Shown in pieces: positions 41,365 through 50,191 of a DNA stretch of 64,000 nucleotides. Below the pieces are notes generated by a model. That model was not told the origin of the DNA, did not search any database, and saw only the letters and a list, made by a program, of their open reading frames with translations. The position numbers and the translations under genes were made by a program. The stretch comes from Actinomycetota bacterium (lineage in GTDB: Bacteria > Actinomycetota > Actinomycetes > S36-B12 > UBA5976). The number at the start of each line of letters is the position of its first letter. Position 1 is the first letter of the stretch. Location: positions 27,909 through 91,908 of the forward strand of contig CANGDT010000002.1 of the NCBI GenBank assembly GCA_947452755.1, read 5' to 3'.

Positions 41365-42297
41365 ATGACATCAGCTTCCGTACGTGAGCCCCGCACTGAA
41401 GTTGCCAAGGGCACAATCTACGGATTCTCTGCGTATCTCATTTGGGGCATCGTTCCCATCTACTGGCCCAAGCTACAGCCGGCTCGACCACTTGAAATTT
41501 TGAGCCATCGCATCATCTGGAGTTTAGTTTTCCTGATTGGTGTCATTGTCATACAGAAGAAATCAGATCGAGTTATTTCAATCCTGCGGAACCGACGACA
41601 AATAGGTTTGCTAGCACTTGCTTCCGTGTTGATTGCTGTGAACTGGGGACTGTTTATCTGGTGCAGCGTCAATGGGCATCTACTCGATTCCTCATTGGGA
41701 TACTTCATCACGCCACTTGTCAGTGTCGGCTTTGGTGTTGTGTTCTTTAAAGAAAAATTACGCACCATCCAGTGGGTGGCACTGTCCATTGCTGCGGGTG
41801 CGGTCGTGTACCTGACCATTGCAATGGCCAAAGCGCCGACTGTCGCCATTGCACTTGCATTCACATTTGGAATTTATGGATACGTGAAGAAGCTCGCCAA
41901 TGTGGATGCAATTGAAAGCCTGACAGTGGAGACTCTGTTACTAGCCCCAGTGGCACTCGGATATTTGGCTTGGCTAGCTTCAAAGGGCGAGAACACATTT
42001 TTTGCTCATGGTGTGACTCATTCAATGTGGTTGGCAAGCGCTGGGGTGGTAACGGCAATTCCGCTTTTGATGTTTGGCGCTGCTGCAATTCGTGTCCCAT
42101 TGTCGACGCTGGGTATGTTGCAGTACTTGGGTCCAACGCTTCAATACTTTATTGGGCTCTACATGTTCAACGAAATCATGTCGCCGGCACGCTTTCACGG
42201 ATTCGTAATTACGTGGGTCGCGCTTATTATCTTGTCGATTGATGGGTGGCGCCATCGATCAAGTGTGACAAAAGACTTCGTTCCAGATATGGACTAA
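41365..42297 (+). CDS. rarD: EamA/RarD-family permease
   Basis: It is a 10-TM DMT-superfamily protein whose N-terminus (GTIYGFSAYLIWGIVPIYW) is typical of RarD. Confidence 0.8.
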   Translation: MTSASVREPRTEVAKGTIYGFSAYLIWGIVPIYWPKLQPARPLEILSHRIIWSLVFLIGVIVIQKKSDRVISILRNRRQIGLLALASVLIAVNWGLFIWCSVNGHLLDSSLGYFITPLVSVGFGVVFFKEKLRTIQWVALSIAAGAVVYLTIAMAKAPTVAIALAFTFGIYGYVKKLANVDAIESLTVETLLLAPVALGYLAWLASKGENTFFAHGVTHSMWLASAGVVTAIPLLMFGAAAIRVPLSTLGMLQYLGPTLQYFIGLYMFNEIMSPARFHGFVITWVALIILSIDGWRHRSSVTKDFVPDMD

Positions 42298-43355
42298 CTA
42301 ACTTGCCAGGTGTCCTTGCCTGTGAGCAGTGTCTGTAAGTCGCCGGCACCCTTTGCGGTTGCTGTTTCTATTTGATTGCGCACTAGGCGGTCATACGAAG
42401 GTCGCTTGATATCTCGGAAAATACCAATGGGTGTGTCCTGCAAAGTCTCCGGATGCGACAGGCGGGACAACGCAAATGCAAATGCTGGATCTTCTGCATG
42501 CGCATCGTGGGTGACAATGTCTTCAGCTGCTACGTCATTCACGCTGGCAACACGAAGCGTTCCATTGTGGTCACGCACAACACAGCGATCGCTGTTTGCG
42601 CCAAAAACAATCTTTTCGCCGTGAACCAAACGCATCGTGACATCATCGCGAGTGTCGGCGTCCTTCATTGGATCCCACGCACCATCGTTGAATATATTGC
42701 AGTTTTGGTAAATCTCAATCAACGCGGTGCCTTCGTGTTCAGCAGCAGCGCGAAGCACAGACTGCAGATGTTGACGATCGCTATCGACTGAACGGGCTAC
42801 GAAAGTGGCTTCAGCGCCAAGGGCGACAGAAACGGGATTGAATGGGTAATCCAATGAACCAAGCGGTGTGGTCTTGGTGATTTTGCCCATTTCCGAAGTC
42901 GGGGAGTATTGACCCTTTGTCAGACCATAGATGCGGTTGTTGAACATCAAAATCTTCAGGTTCACGTTTCGGCGTAGCGCGTGAATCAAATGGTTACCAC
43001 CGATAGACAGCGCGTCACCATCACCAGTAACTACCCAAACTGACAAGTCTGGACGCGAAACTGAAAGACCAGTCGCAATCGCAGGTGCGCGACCGTGTAT
43101 CGAGTGAACGCCGTAGGTGTTCATGTAGTACGGGAAGCGACTTGAGCAGCCAATGCCTGAAACGAAAACGATGTTTTCTTTCTTCACGCCTAGTTCAGGC
43201 ATGAATCCCTGGACGGCGGCAAGAATTGCGTAGTCACCGCAACCGGGGCACCAACGAACTTCTTGATCGGTTTTGTAATCCTTCGCGGACTGCTTTTCGT
43301 CGGACTTGGGTACGAGGTCAAGCGAGGCAAATGTGTTAGACACCTTCAACCACAT
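42294..43355 (-). CDS. korB: 2-oxoglutarate:ferredoxin (2-oxoacid:acceptor) oxidoreductase beta subunit
   Basis: It has the ThDP-binding beta-subunit motifs WCPGCGDYAIL and GDGDALSIGGNH. It overlaps the korA stop. Confidence 0.9.
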   Translation of the reverse strand: MWLKVSNTFASLDLVPKSDEKQSAKDYKTDQEVRWCPGCGDYAILAAVQGFMPELGVKKENIVFVSGIGCSSRFPYYMNTYGVHSIHGRAPAIATGLSVSRPDLSVWVVTGDGDALSIGGNHLIHALRRNVNLKILMFNNRIYGLTKGQYSPTSEMGKITKTTPLGSLDYPFNPVSVALGAEATFVARSVDSDRQHLQSVLRAAAEHEGTALIEIYQNCNIFNDGAWDPMKDADTRDDVTMRLVHGEKIVFGANSDRCVVRDHNGTLRVASVNDVAAEDIVTHDAHAEDPAFAFALSRLSHPETLQDTPIGIFRDIKRPSYDRLVRNQIETATAKGAGDLQTLLTGKDTWQVS

Positions 43356-45219
43356 CCTTAATTGCGTCCATTAGTTCTTGGGTTTTGAAAGGTAATCCGC
43401 GCACTTGGTTGTAGCCAATGGCATCGACGAGGTACTTCGCACGAAGCATCATCGATAGTTGGCCAAGGTTCATTTCAGGAACGATGACTTTCTCGTACTT
43501 TTTCAATTCCTCGCCAGTGTTTGCCGGGAACGGATTCAAGTGACGCAAATGAGCGTGTGCCACATCGAACCCCTCGAGACGAAGTCGGCGGCAAGCTGAT
43601 TCAACAGGACCATATGTAGAGCCCCAGCCAATGACGAGGACCTTTGCTTTACCGCTTGGGTCTTCAACTTTGAGTGGCTCGATGGTCTTGGCGATTCCAT
43701 CAATCTTTGCTTGACGAATGCGCACCATAAAATCGTGATTGGCCGGGTCGTATGAAATGTTGCCGGTGCCATCTTGTTTTTCAATGCCACCGATGCGATG
43801 TTCTAGACCAGCAACACCTGGTATTGCCCAAGGGCGAGCCAAAGTCTCTGGATCGCGCTTAAACGGCCAGAACACTTCGGTGCCATCGGGCATGGTGTGG
43901 TTCGGGCCGTCGGCAAATTTCACATGCAGATCGGGCAAAGCACTCACGTCGGGGACATGCCATGGTTCAGAACCATTTGCCAAGTATCCATCGGAGAGAA
44001 GGAACACTGGTGTGCGATAAACCGTCGCGATGCGTACTGCTTCAATTGCTGCATCAAAGCAGTCAGCAGGAGACTGTGGCGCAACGATTGGCACGGGTGC
44101 TTCACCGTTGCGTCCATACATTGCCTGCAGGAGGTCTGCTTGCTCGGTCTTTGTTGGCAAGCCTGTTGACGGTCCACCACGCTGAACATCAACGATGACA
44201 AGTGGTAATTCGAGAGCAACTGCCAGACCGATTGCTTCACTCTTGAGTGCAACACCTGGTCCAGAAGTTGTAGTGACACCAAGCATGCCCGCGTAGCTTG
44301 CACCAAGCGCAGCACCAATGCCAGCAATTTCATCTTCAGCCTGGAATGTACGCACACCAAAGTTTTTGTGCTTGCTCAGTTCATGCAAGATATCGGAAGC
44401 CGGGGTGATTGGGTATGAGCCAAGGAAGATTGGAAGATCAGCGCGCACAGATGCGGCAATAAGACCGTATGACAGAGCGAGGTTGCCGCTGATGTTGCGG
44501 TACGTTCCGGCGGCCATTGGAGCAGGCTTGACCGCAAATTGATTTGGAAAACTTTCAGTTGTTTCGCCAAAGCTCCAACCAGCCTGCAGCGCAGCAATAT
44601 TGGCAGCCAAAATTTCAGGCTTCTTGCCGAACTTTGCATTTAAGAAAGCAATAGTCGGTTCAATTGGTCGAGTAAACATCCACAACAGCACACCAAGTGC
44701 AAACATGTTCTTGGATCGTTCAGCATCTTTCTTGGTGATATCAAAATCTTTAAGTGCTTCAACAGTCATAGAAGTCAGCGCGATGGGGTGAACGTTGTAT
44801 CCATCGAGGCTGCCATCCTCGAGCGGGTTAGACGCGTAACCGACTTTGGTCATTGCGCGTTCGGAAAACTCATCCGTATTCACGATTAAGTCGCCACCGG
44901 GACGAAGTTCCTTCAAATTTGATTTCAAGGCTGCAGGGTTCATGGCTACAAGTACGTGAGCCTGATCGCCTGGAGTCATGATGTCGTGATCGCCGAAGTG
45001 CAGTTGGAACGCACTGACACCAGGCATAGTTCCGGCTGGTGCGCGGATCTCGGCGGGGAAGTCTGGAAGTGTGGTGAGGTCGTTTCCAAAGGCTGCAGTG
45101 GTTGAAGTGAACTGGTCACCAGTGAGCTGCATGCCGTCGCCGGAGTCGCCTGCAAAACGGATACTTACCTGGTCTAGTTCAACTATTTCTTTAGTCACGT
45201 GACCGCGCGTCCTTTGCAT
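43336..45219 (-). CDS. korA: 2-oxoglutarate:ferredoxin (2-oxoacid:acceptor) oxidoreductase alpha subunit
   Basis: The N-terminus IRFAGDSGDGMQLTGDQFT and the 627-aa alpha/gamma fusion are typical of actinobacterial KorA. Confidence 0.9.
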   Translation of the reverse strand: MQRTRGHVTKEIVELDQVSIRFAGDSGDGMQLTGDQFTSTTAAFGNDLTTLPDFPAEIRAPAGTMPGVSAFQLHFGDHDIMTPGDQAHVLVAMNPAALKSNLKELRPGGDLIVNTDEFSERAMTKVGYASNPLEDGSLDGYNVHPIALTSMTVEALKDFDITKKDAERSKNMFALGVLLWMFTRPIEPTIAFLNAKFGKKPEILAANIAALQAGWSFGETTESFPNQFAVKPAPMAAGTYRNISGNLALSYGLIAASVRADLPIFLGSYPITPASDILHELSKHKNFGVRTFQAEDEIAGIGAALGASYAGMLGVTTTSGPGVALKSEAIGLAVALELPLVIVDVQRGGPSTGLPTKTEQADLLQAMYGRNGEAPVPIVAPQSPADCFDAAIEAVRIATVYRTPVFLLSDGYLANGSEPWHVPDVSALPDLHVKFADGPNHTMPDGTEVFWPFKRDPETLARPWAIPGVAGLEHRIGGIEKQDGTGNISYDPANHDFMVRIRQAKIDGIAKTIEPLKVEDPSGKAKVLVIGWGSTYGPVESACRRLRLEGFDVAHAHLRHLNPFPANTGEELKKYEKVIVPEMNLGQLSMMLRAKYLVDAIGYNQVRGLPFKTQELMDAIKDVVEGV

Positions 45220-45320
45220 CGATTTTCCGTGTTCATTTTCGCACTGTTTGACTCCGAATGAGTGGTCGGGTGGGGTTTATCTCGTATAGCGGAATGTGAT
45301 GTGTGCCCTAGAGTCGTGCT

Positions 45321-45746
45321 GTGAGCGAATTGGGTCAATCAGCAGTGCCGGTAACGGTCATTGAGGCTGGCCTGGCCTGTTGTGGTGTCGAGGCTGGTTC
45401 CGTCGATTTTGTGACCAACCCCTTGATTAACCCCTCCCTAGAAATGCCGTGGATAAAGGTAGAAGCATCGGGTGACACACACATTCTGGTGATTGCCGGA
45501 ACCGTAACGCATGCACTAGCCCCCAGTGTGAAAGCCGCATTCGACGCATTGGCCGAGCCGCGGGTTGTGATTGCGTTTGGCGCATGTGCCATCACGGGTG
45601 GTCCGTATTGGGATTCGTATTCAGTTGTCCCTGGTGCCGACCACGTGGTGCCGGTGGATATTCATGTACCCGGGTGTCCACCGAGCCCGCAGGAATTAGG
45701 GACCGCAATATATGCCGCAGCGCAACGCGTAGAGGCAGCCCGATGA
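45321..45746 (+). CDS. NuoB-family (complex I 20-kDa / hydrogenase small-subunit-like) paralogue
   Basis: The 141-aa protein aligns by eye to the canonical NuoB in this window. All four N2-cluster Cys are retained (GLACCGVE, GACAITGG, VPGCPP). Confidence 0.8.
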   Translation: MSELGQSAVPVTVIEAGLACCGVEAGSVDFVTNPLINPSLEMPWIKVEASGDTHILVIAGTVTHALAPSVKAAFDALAEPRVVIAFGACAITGGPYWDSYSVVPGADHVVPVDIHVPGCPPSPQELGTAIYAAAQRVEAAR

Positions 45747-46228
45747 TTTTTTCAACGGAATTAATCGCAAGTGAATTGCGCGACGGTTCGCACTGGATTG
45801 TGGTGTCGAACGACAATTGGGTAGCCGTTCATCGAGAACTCGCTTCACTGTATCCACGTTTTGAGTGGCTCACCGCTGTTCACCACGAGGATGACAACTT
45901 CGCCATCACCACAATGGTGTCGACTGCGGACTTATCTGAGTCCGTCGTCACTTCAGCCAGAGTTGCGGGTGAATGTGCATCGCTCGTTGAAATATTTGCA
46001 CAGTCAGATTTCTACGAACGTGAAGTCATTCAAATGTTCGGCGTCACGATTGGCGATGGTGATCGCAGGAAAGCTTTCGACGTTGAATTCCCTGGACACC
46101 CCTTACGTAGAGATTTTGCCTTGACGCCTCGCCAGGAAACGCAATGGCCAGGTGCGGTCGAACCTGACGCCAACGCACGACGCCGACCATCACTTGCCCC
46201 TGGTGTGTTTGCAGAGTGGAAGTCATGA
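45743..46228 (+). CDS. NuoC-family (complex I 30-kDa) paralogue, short form
   Basis: The ATG at 45743 forms an ATGA overlap with the NuoB-like stop and has AGAGG 7 nt upstream. The motif DFYEREVIQMFG...FPGHPLRRDF parallels the canonical [12 protein letters not shown]...[10 protein letters not shown]. Confidence 0.75.
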   Translation: MIFSTELIASELRDGSHWIVVSNDNWVAVHRELASLYPRFEWLTAVHHEDDNFAITTMVSTADLSESVVTSARVAGECASLVEIFAQSDFYEREVIQMFGVTIGDGDRRKAFDVEFPGHPLRRDFALTPRQETQWPGAVEPDANARRRPSLAPGVFAEWKS

Positions 46229-46632
46229 CAGAACTCAATCCGCACGCAACAATTGCGCTTCATCCCGCTTCATGCACATCGTGCATGTTGTGTGTCCGTG
46301 AATGCCCGGACTGGTGCATCACAGTGGATGCGCATTCGGAACCTGACGAAGATGCACCTCAGTACAGCAACGCACGTCGCCAATCAATGAAGAACGTACT
46401 TGACGAATTTACGATTGATTTTGGAAAGTGCATGTGGTGTGGAATCTGTATAGATGTGTGCCCGTTTGATGCACTCTTTTGGTCGAGCACCCAAATGCCA
46501 GCGGCAACATCTCGCGAGGAACTGATCTTTGACGTCAATCAGCTTGCTGCATCATTGCCGGATGCCCGCCGAAACGACGGCTCACCGGCGCCGCAGATTG
46601 ATGAACCACCAAGTGGTCGTCGAAAGAAATAG
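46216..46632 (+). CDS. NuoI-like 2x[4Fe-4S] ferredoxin-domain protein
   Basis: CTSCMLCVRECP and CMWCGICIDVCP are separated by a long insert, as in NuoI. The F-x-I-D-x-x-x-C context matches canonical NuoI. It overlaps the NuoC-like gene by 13 nt. Confidence 0.75.
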   Translation: MEVMTELNPHATIALHPASCTSCMLCVRECPDWCITVDAHSEPDEDAPQYSNARRQSMKNVLDEFTIDFGKCMWCGICIDVCPFDALFWSSTQMPAATSREELIFDVNQLAASLPDARRNDGSPAPQIDEPPSGRRKK

Positions 46633-47124
46633 TTAGCGGTAGTTCTGATACTGAACGGCAAAATCCAGTTCAGCGTCGGCGAGAAGTTTTTGAACTTCCT
46701 GCAAATCATCGCGGCTTTTGCCGGTCACACGAAGTTCGTCACCTTGAATCTGGGTTTTCACATTCTTGGGACCTTCATCGCGAATAAGTTTGCCGATTTT
46801 CTTCGCCTGTTCTTGGCTAATCCCAGCGTTAAAGTCGCAGTTGATTTTGTATTCCTTGCCAGACACACGAGGGTCGCCAGCTTTAAGCGCCTTAAGGCTC
46901 ACACCGCGCTTAATAAGTTTTTCACGAAACACTTCGAGTGCAGCCTTAACACGATCTTCGGTAGATGAAGTCAGTTCTACGCCGAGTTCACCCTTCCACT
47001 CGATAGTGGTGTCAGTGCCTTTGAAGTCAAAACGTGTAGTCAGTTCCTTGGCGGCTTGCTGAAGCGCATTGTCCGCTTCTTGACGGTCCACTTTGCTGAC
47101 GATGTCCATGCTTGAATCGGCCAT
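46633..47124 (-). CDS. yajQ: YajQ-family nucleotide-binding protein (UPF0234)
   Basis: The 163-aa protein has the typical YajQ sequence ([18 protein letters not shown]...RFDFKG). Its stop abuts the stop of the convergent NuoI-like gene with no spacer. Confidence 0.8.
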   Translation of the reverse strand: MADSSMDIVSKVDRQEADNALQQAAKELTTRFDFKGTDTTIEWKGELGVELTSSTEDRVKAALEVFREKLIKRGVSLKALKAGDPRVSGKEYKINCDFNAGISQEQAKKIGKLIRDEGPKNVKTQIQGDELRVTGKSRDDLQEVQKLLADAELDFAVQYQNYR

Positions 47125-47189
47125 GACGTTTCTCCTTGACTAAAAGGGCTTGACCCAACTTTACTGTGTGCCTGGTGGCAACGATGAGA

Positions 47190-47681
47190 CTAGGCGCTTG
47201 GCGTCGTTGTATATCGGAAGTCGCAGTGCGATGCGCCTTCCATCAAGGTTTGTGTCCGAGTGAATGTGATCTCTGGGTTGTAGCCGGCAATGAATTCGGC
47301 GTCGCGCACGCAGGACAGAAGCGCACCAATATCAGCAAGTCCCATCTCGCGATACATCTCGGAATACTTACAACGCATGACGTTGAAGGCGAATGTATTT
47401 TCATTTTGTTCCACTGTGGTTGTGACGAGAGCGTCACCTTTACGCCACAGACTCTGGATGTCGACGAAAGTGCTGATAGTCGCGCCATGAGTTTCCTTGG
47501 CAGCGAACTCGGCTCCGGACTTGCAGGCATCAGCGGCAATCGCATCGCGGATTATTGCGGCAGCTTTCTGCTCCCCAAGTTCGACACACATTGCGCGGTA
47601 GATCGGCGCGATGATGTTGGCTTCGATACGGCGACGTTGGAGAAACCCAATTTCTACGTCGTGTTCTGATGGCTCGGACAT
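47190..47681 (-). CDS. L-2-amino-thiazoline-4-carboxylic acid hydrolase-like family protein
   Basis: The conserved Cys pattern (RCKYSEMY, LSCVRDAEF, GASHCDFRY) resembles the ATC-hydrolase family as I recall it. Confidence 0.55.
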   Translation of the reverse strand: MSEPSEHDVEIGFLQRRRIEANIIAPIYRAMCVELGEQKAAAIIRDAIAADACKSGAEFAAKETHGATISTFVDIQSLWRKGDALVTTTVEQNENTFAFNVMRCKYSEMYREMGLADIGALLSCVRDAEFIAGYNPEITFTRTQTLMEGASHCDFRYTTTPSA

Positions 47682-47836
47682 GGTGTCTCCTTCGGTGCTA
47701 TGTGCCAGCGTAACCGCAGACCATTGCTGTTATTCAGGCATTTTGAAGCGGGTAGATTGTCGACTTTCTGCTTCGAGTCACGAAATGACTTTCGCGACTA
47801 GTCTGTAGTTATCCGGTTTATCGGAAAGTAGGCACC

Positions 47837-49060
47837 ATGACGAAACCACATGTTGTAATTCTCGGTGCGGGCTTTGGCGGTCTCACGACCGCTCGGGCCA
47901 TGTCCAAAGATTTCCGAGTTACCCTCATTGACCGTCATAACTTTCAAACCTTTTTGCCATTGCTCTACCAAGTGTCAACAGCAGGGCTTGCAGCCGATCA
48001 TGTGGCGTACCCCGTTCGAGGAGCACTTCGAAAGACCGATGTTCAATTCCGTATGGGTGTTCCACAGTCGCTTGATGCATCCGCAAATCAATTGACACTT
48101 GAAGACGGTGCGGTCATCGACTTCGATCATCTAGTCGTCGCGTTAGGTTCCACCACATCTGATTTTGGAATCCCTGGTGTGATGGAGAATGCACGAGGCA
48201 TGAAATCCGTTGCGGAAGCGCTGGCAATTCGCTCGGAAGTGATGCGTGCCTACGAAGCAATGTGTGTTCCAGGAAATGTCGACACGTTTGACATTGCAAT
48301 CGTTGGTGGCGGCCCCACTGGTGTCGAGATGGCAGGCGCCTTTGCGGAACTTATCCGCGGTCCTTTGAACTCGGATTATTCAGCTGCTGCACAGCGCATC
48401 AAAGTCAGCATCATTGAAGCTGGTCCGCGTTTAGTTCCTTCATTTTCCGAATCGTTATCTCGACGGACACAAGCGGATCTAGAGAAGCTTGGTGTGAAAG
48501 TGCTCACCGACACAGCGGTGAAGGAAGTTCTTGCAGATTCCATTGTGACAACGACGGGAAATGCCATTGCCGCAAATACGACTGTGTGGGCGGCAGGTGT
48601 GAAGGGTGTCTCAGCTATGGAGACCCTCAATCTTCCGATTGCTCGTGGCCGCATTGATACGCAATTGAGCTTGCAAGTTGTCGGACATGACAACATTTGG
48701 GCTGTTGGCGATATCGCAGGAGTTGCGAACGCTGAGGGCTACCTACTGCCCATGGTCGCTCCGGTCGCAATGCAACAAGGTCGTTTCGTGGCAAAGCAGA
48801 TTGCTGCGCTGGCCAGTGGAAAAGCAGTTGAGAACTTCGTCTACAAGGACAAGGGTTCGATGGCAACAATCGGGCGACACAAGGCAATCGTGGAAGTAAA
48901 GGGCATCAAAATTTCCGGAGCCGTGGCTTGGTTAGCTTGGCTGTGGCTGCATTTGTTCTACATTCTGGGCGGTCGTAACAAAATTGGAACCATGGCGGAC
49001 TGGACATGGAATTACTTGACGTTTGACCGCGGAAATCGTCACATCATGGACTCGATGTAG
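47837..49060 (+). CDS. ndh: type II NADH:quinone oxidoreductase (NDH-2)
   Basis: It has two Rossmann motifs (VVILGAGFGGL and IVGGGPTGVE) and is 407 aa long. Confidence 0.85.
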   Translation: MTKPHVVILGAGFGGLTTARAMSKDFRVTLIDRHNFQTFLPLLYQVSTAGLAADHVAYPVRGALRKTDVQFRMGVPQSLDASANQLTLEDGAVIDFDHLVVALGSTTSDFGIPGVMENARGMKSVAEALAIRSEVMRAYEAMCVPGNVDTFDIAIVGGGPTGVEMAGAFAELIRGPLNSDYSAAAQRIKVSIIEAGPRLVPSFSESLSRRTQADLEKLGVKVLTDTAVKEVLADSIVTTTGNAIAANTTVWAAGVKGVSAMETLNLPIARGRIDTQLSLQVVGHDNIWAVGDIAGVANAEGYLLPMVAPVAMQQGRFVAKQIAALASGKAVENFVYKDKGSMATIGRHKAIVEVKGIKISGAVAWLAWLWLHLFYILGGRNKIGTMADWTWNYLTFDRGNRHIMDSM

Positions 49061-49126
49061 CAGTTGCGATTGGCATATTTCGCGGATTTCACGGTATTGT
49101 TTCGGAGTTGCCCGAAACGGTGACAT

Positions 49127-49210
49127 GGCAGATTGCCCGAGCGGCCAATGGGAGCGGACTGTAAATCCGTCGCGAAAGCTACAGTGGTTCGAACCCACTA
49201 TCTGCCACCA
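49127..49210 (+). tRNA. tRNA-Tyr (GTA)
   Basis: Hand folding gives acceptor ggcagat/atctgcc, anticodon loop ctGTAaa, a long variable arm, T-arm agtgg-ttcgaac-ccact and an encoded CCA. Confidence 0.9.
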
Positions 49211-49213
49211 ACA

Positions 49214-49246
49214 AGCGCTGGTTTCTTTCGAGAAACTGGCGCTTTT
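49214..49246 (+). terminator. terminator-like hairpin after tRNA-Tyr
   Basis: A 12-bp stem (agcgctggtttc / gaaactggcgct, with two G-U pairs) and a 6-nt loop are followed by TTTTGGTTT. Confidence 0.5.
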
Positions 49247-49309
49247 GGTTTGTCGGGCTCAATTTCACCAATCCACCCTTTAATAGATAGGCTATCTGGG
49301 CACGTACCC

Positions 49310-49381
49310 GCCCCCTTGGCACAGTGGTAGCGCACTTCCTTGGTAAGGAAGAGGTCGTCAGTCCGATTCTGACAGGGGGCT
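49310..49381 (+). tRNA. tRNA-Thr (GGT)
   Basis: Hand folding gives acceptor gccccct/agggggc, anticodon stem cttcc/ggaag with loop ttGGTaa, and T-arm gtcag-tccgatt-ctgac. No CCA is encoded. Confidence 0.85.
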
Positions 49382-49412
49382 CGATAGCCGCGGGAAAACC
49401 TCGCGGTTACCT

Positions 49413-49486
49413 GCCGGGGTAGCTCAGCTTGGTAGAGCAAGCGGCTCATAATCGCTGTGTCGCCGGTTCAAGTCCGGCCCTCGGTA
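49413..49486 (+). tRNA. tRNA-Met (CAT), elongator type
   Basis: Hand folding gives D-arm tagctcagcttggtagagc, anticodon loop ctCATaa and T-arm gccgg-ttcaagt-ccggc. The acceptor gccgggg/cctcggt needs two G-U pairs. It lacks the initiator-specific 3 G-C pairs in the anticodon stem. Confidence 0.8.
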
Positions 49487-49536
49487 CTACAGAACGACCG
49501 GTCACATCACGTGGCCACTAAACGAAAGGCACGACA

Positions 49537-49701
49537 GTGGCACGCAACGACGTTCGTCCAAAGATCACTTTGGCATGCGAAGACTGCAAGAACCGCAACT
49601 ACATCTCACGCAAGAATCGTCGTAACGATCCTGACCGTCTTGAGATCAAGAAGCATTGCCCGAACTGCAACAAGCACACCGTTCACAAGGAAACCCGCTA
49701 G
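49537..49701 (+). CDS. rpmG: 50S ribosomal protein L33
   Basis: It is absent from the ORF track because it is under 60 aa. The GTG at 49537 (GAAAGG upstream) translates to [54 protein letters not shown], a Zn-ribbon (CxxC...CxxC) L33. Confidence 0.9.
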   Translation: MARNDVRPKITLACEDCKNRNYISRKNRRNDPDRLEIKKHCPNCNKHTVHKETR

Positions 49702-49750
49702 TTTTTCCTTTCGCACGTCGACGCGTCCAGGTAGGGGTAGTTCTGTGGGT

Positions 49751-50191
49751 ATGAACCACGACATGATCGGGTTTCAGTACGCCCCGTCAGAACCGTTTGT
49801 AGTGACTGCCGAGAGCATTAAAGCTTTCGCGCAGGCACTCGGTGACGACAACCCTGTTTATTCAGACGCGTCGGCTGCGCTTGCTCTTGGGCACGAGACT
49901 GTGGTGGCCCCACCTACTTATCCCATTGTCGTGACGATGACCGCGATGGAAAATTCATTCCACGACCCAGCGTTAAATATGAACTATTCACGCGTGGTCC
50001 ACAGCGATCAGCGATTTGAATACGTTCGCCCGATCCGTGTTGGTGATGAATTAGTTGTCACCACAATCGTCGAAGACATTCGCACAATGGCTGGCAATGA
50101 CATGGCAACGTTTCGCACTGAAGTTTCCTCGGACGGCGAAATAGTTGTGACTGCATGGTCCAAGCTTGTTGTTCGCGGTGATGACGCATGA
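49751..50191 (+). CDS. hotdog-fold dehydratase subunit (HadA-like, MaoC N-terminal type)
   Basis: The ATG at 49751 is the first start downstream of rpmG in the 49457..50191 ORF. The order tRNA-rpmG-hadA-hadB matches conserved actinobacterial synteny. Confidence 0.75.
   Translation: MNHDMIGFQYAPSEPFVVTAESIKAFAQALGDDNPVYSDASAALALGHETVVAPPTYPIVVTMTAMENSFHDPALNMNYSRVVHSDQRFEYVRPIRVGDELVVTTIVEDIRTMAGNDMATFRTEVSSDGEIVVTAWSKLVVRGDDA

Noticed and set aside
45584-45742. The upstream extension of the NuoC-like ORF.
   Set aside because: It overlaps the 3' end of the NuoB-like gene out of frame. The ATG at 45743 has an AGAGG RBS and an ATGA stop/start overlap, and similarity to NuoC begins there.
47166-47669. 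A 167-aa plus-strand ORF opposite the ATC-hydrolase-like gene.
   Set aside because: The minus-strand frame carries the conserved Cys-containing family motifs and a sensible start. The plus-strand product has no motif and is Cys/Arg-rich off-frame sequence.
49099-49118. A 7-bp hairpin (gtttcgg / ccgaaac) between ndh and tRNA-Tyr.
   Set aside because: There is no U-tract on either strand and it lies immediately before the tRNA 5' end. The support is too weak to call a terminator or processing signal.
49061-49540. A possible integration hotspot or mobile element at the tRNA cluster.
   Set aside because: No integrase, no duplicated tRNA 3' end (att-like repeat) and no foreign genes flank the tRNAs. 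The downstream genes follow the conserved rpmG-hadAB-murB order.
49457-49750. The N-terminal ~98 codons of the 244-aa ORF 49457..50191.
   Set aside because: This part overlaps tRNA-Met and the rpmG gene, which is in another frame, and reads as low-complexity Arg/Thr/Ser sequence. The real dehydratase gene is taken to start at ATG 49751.
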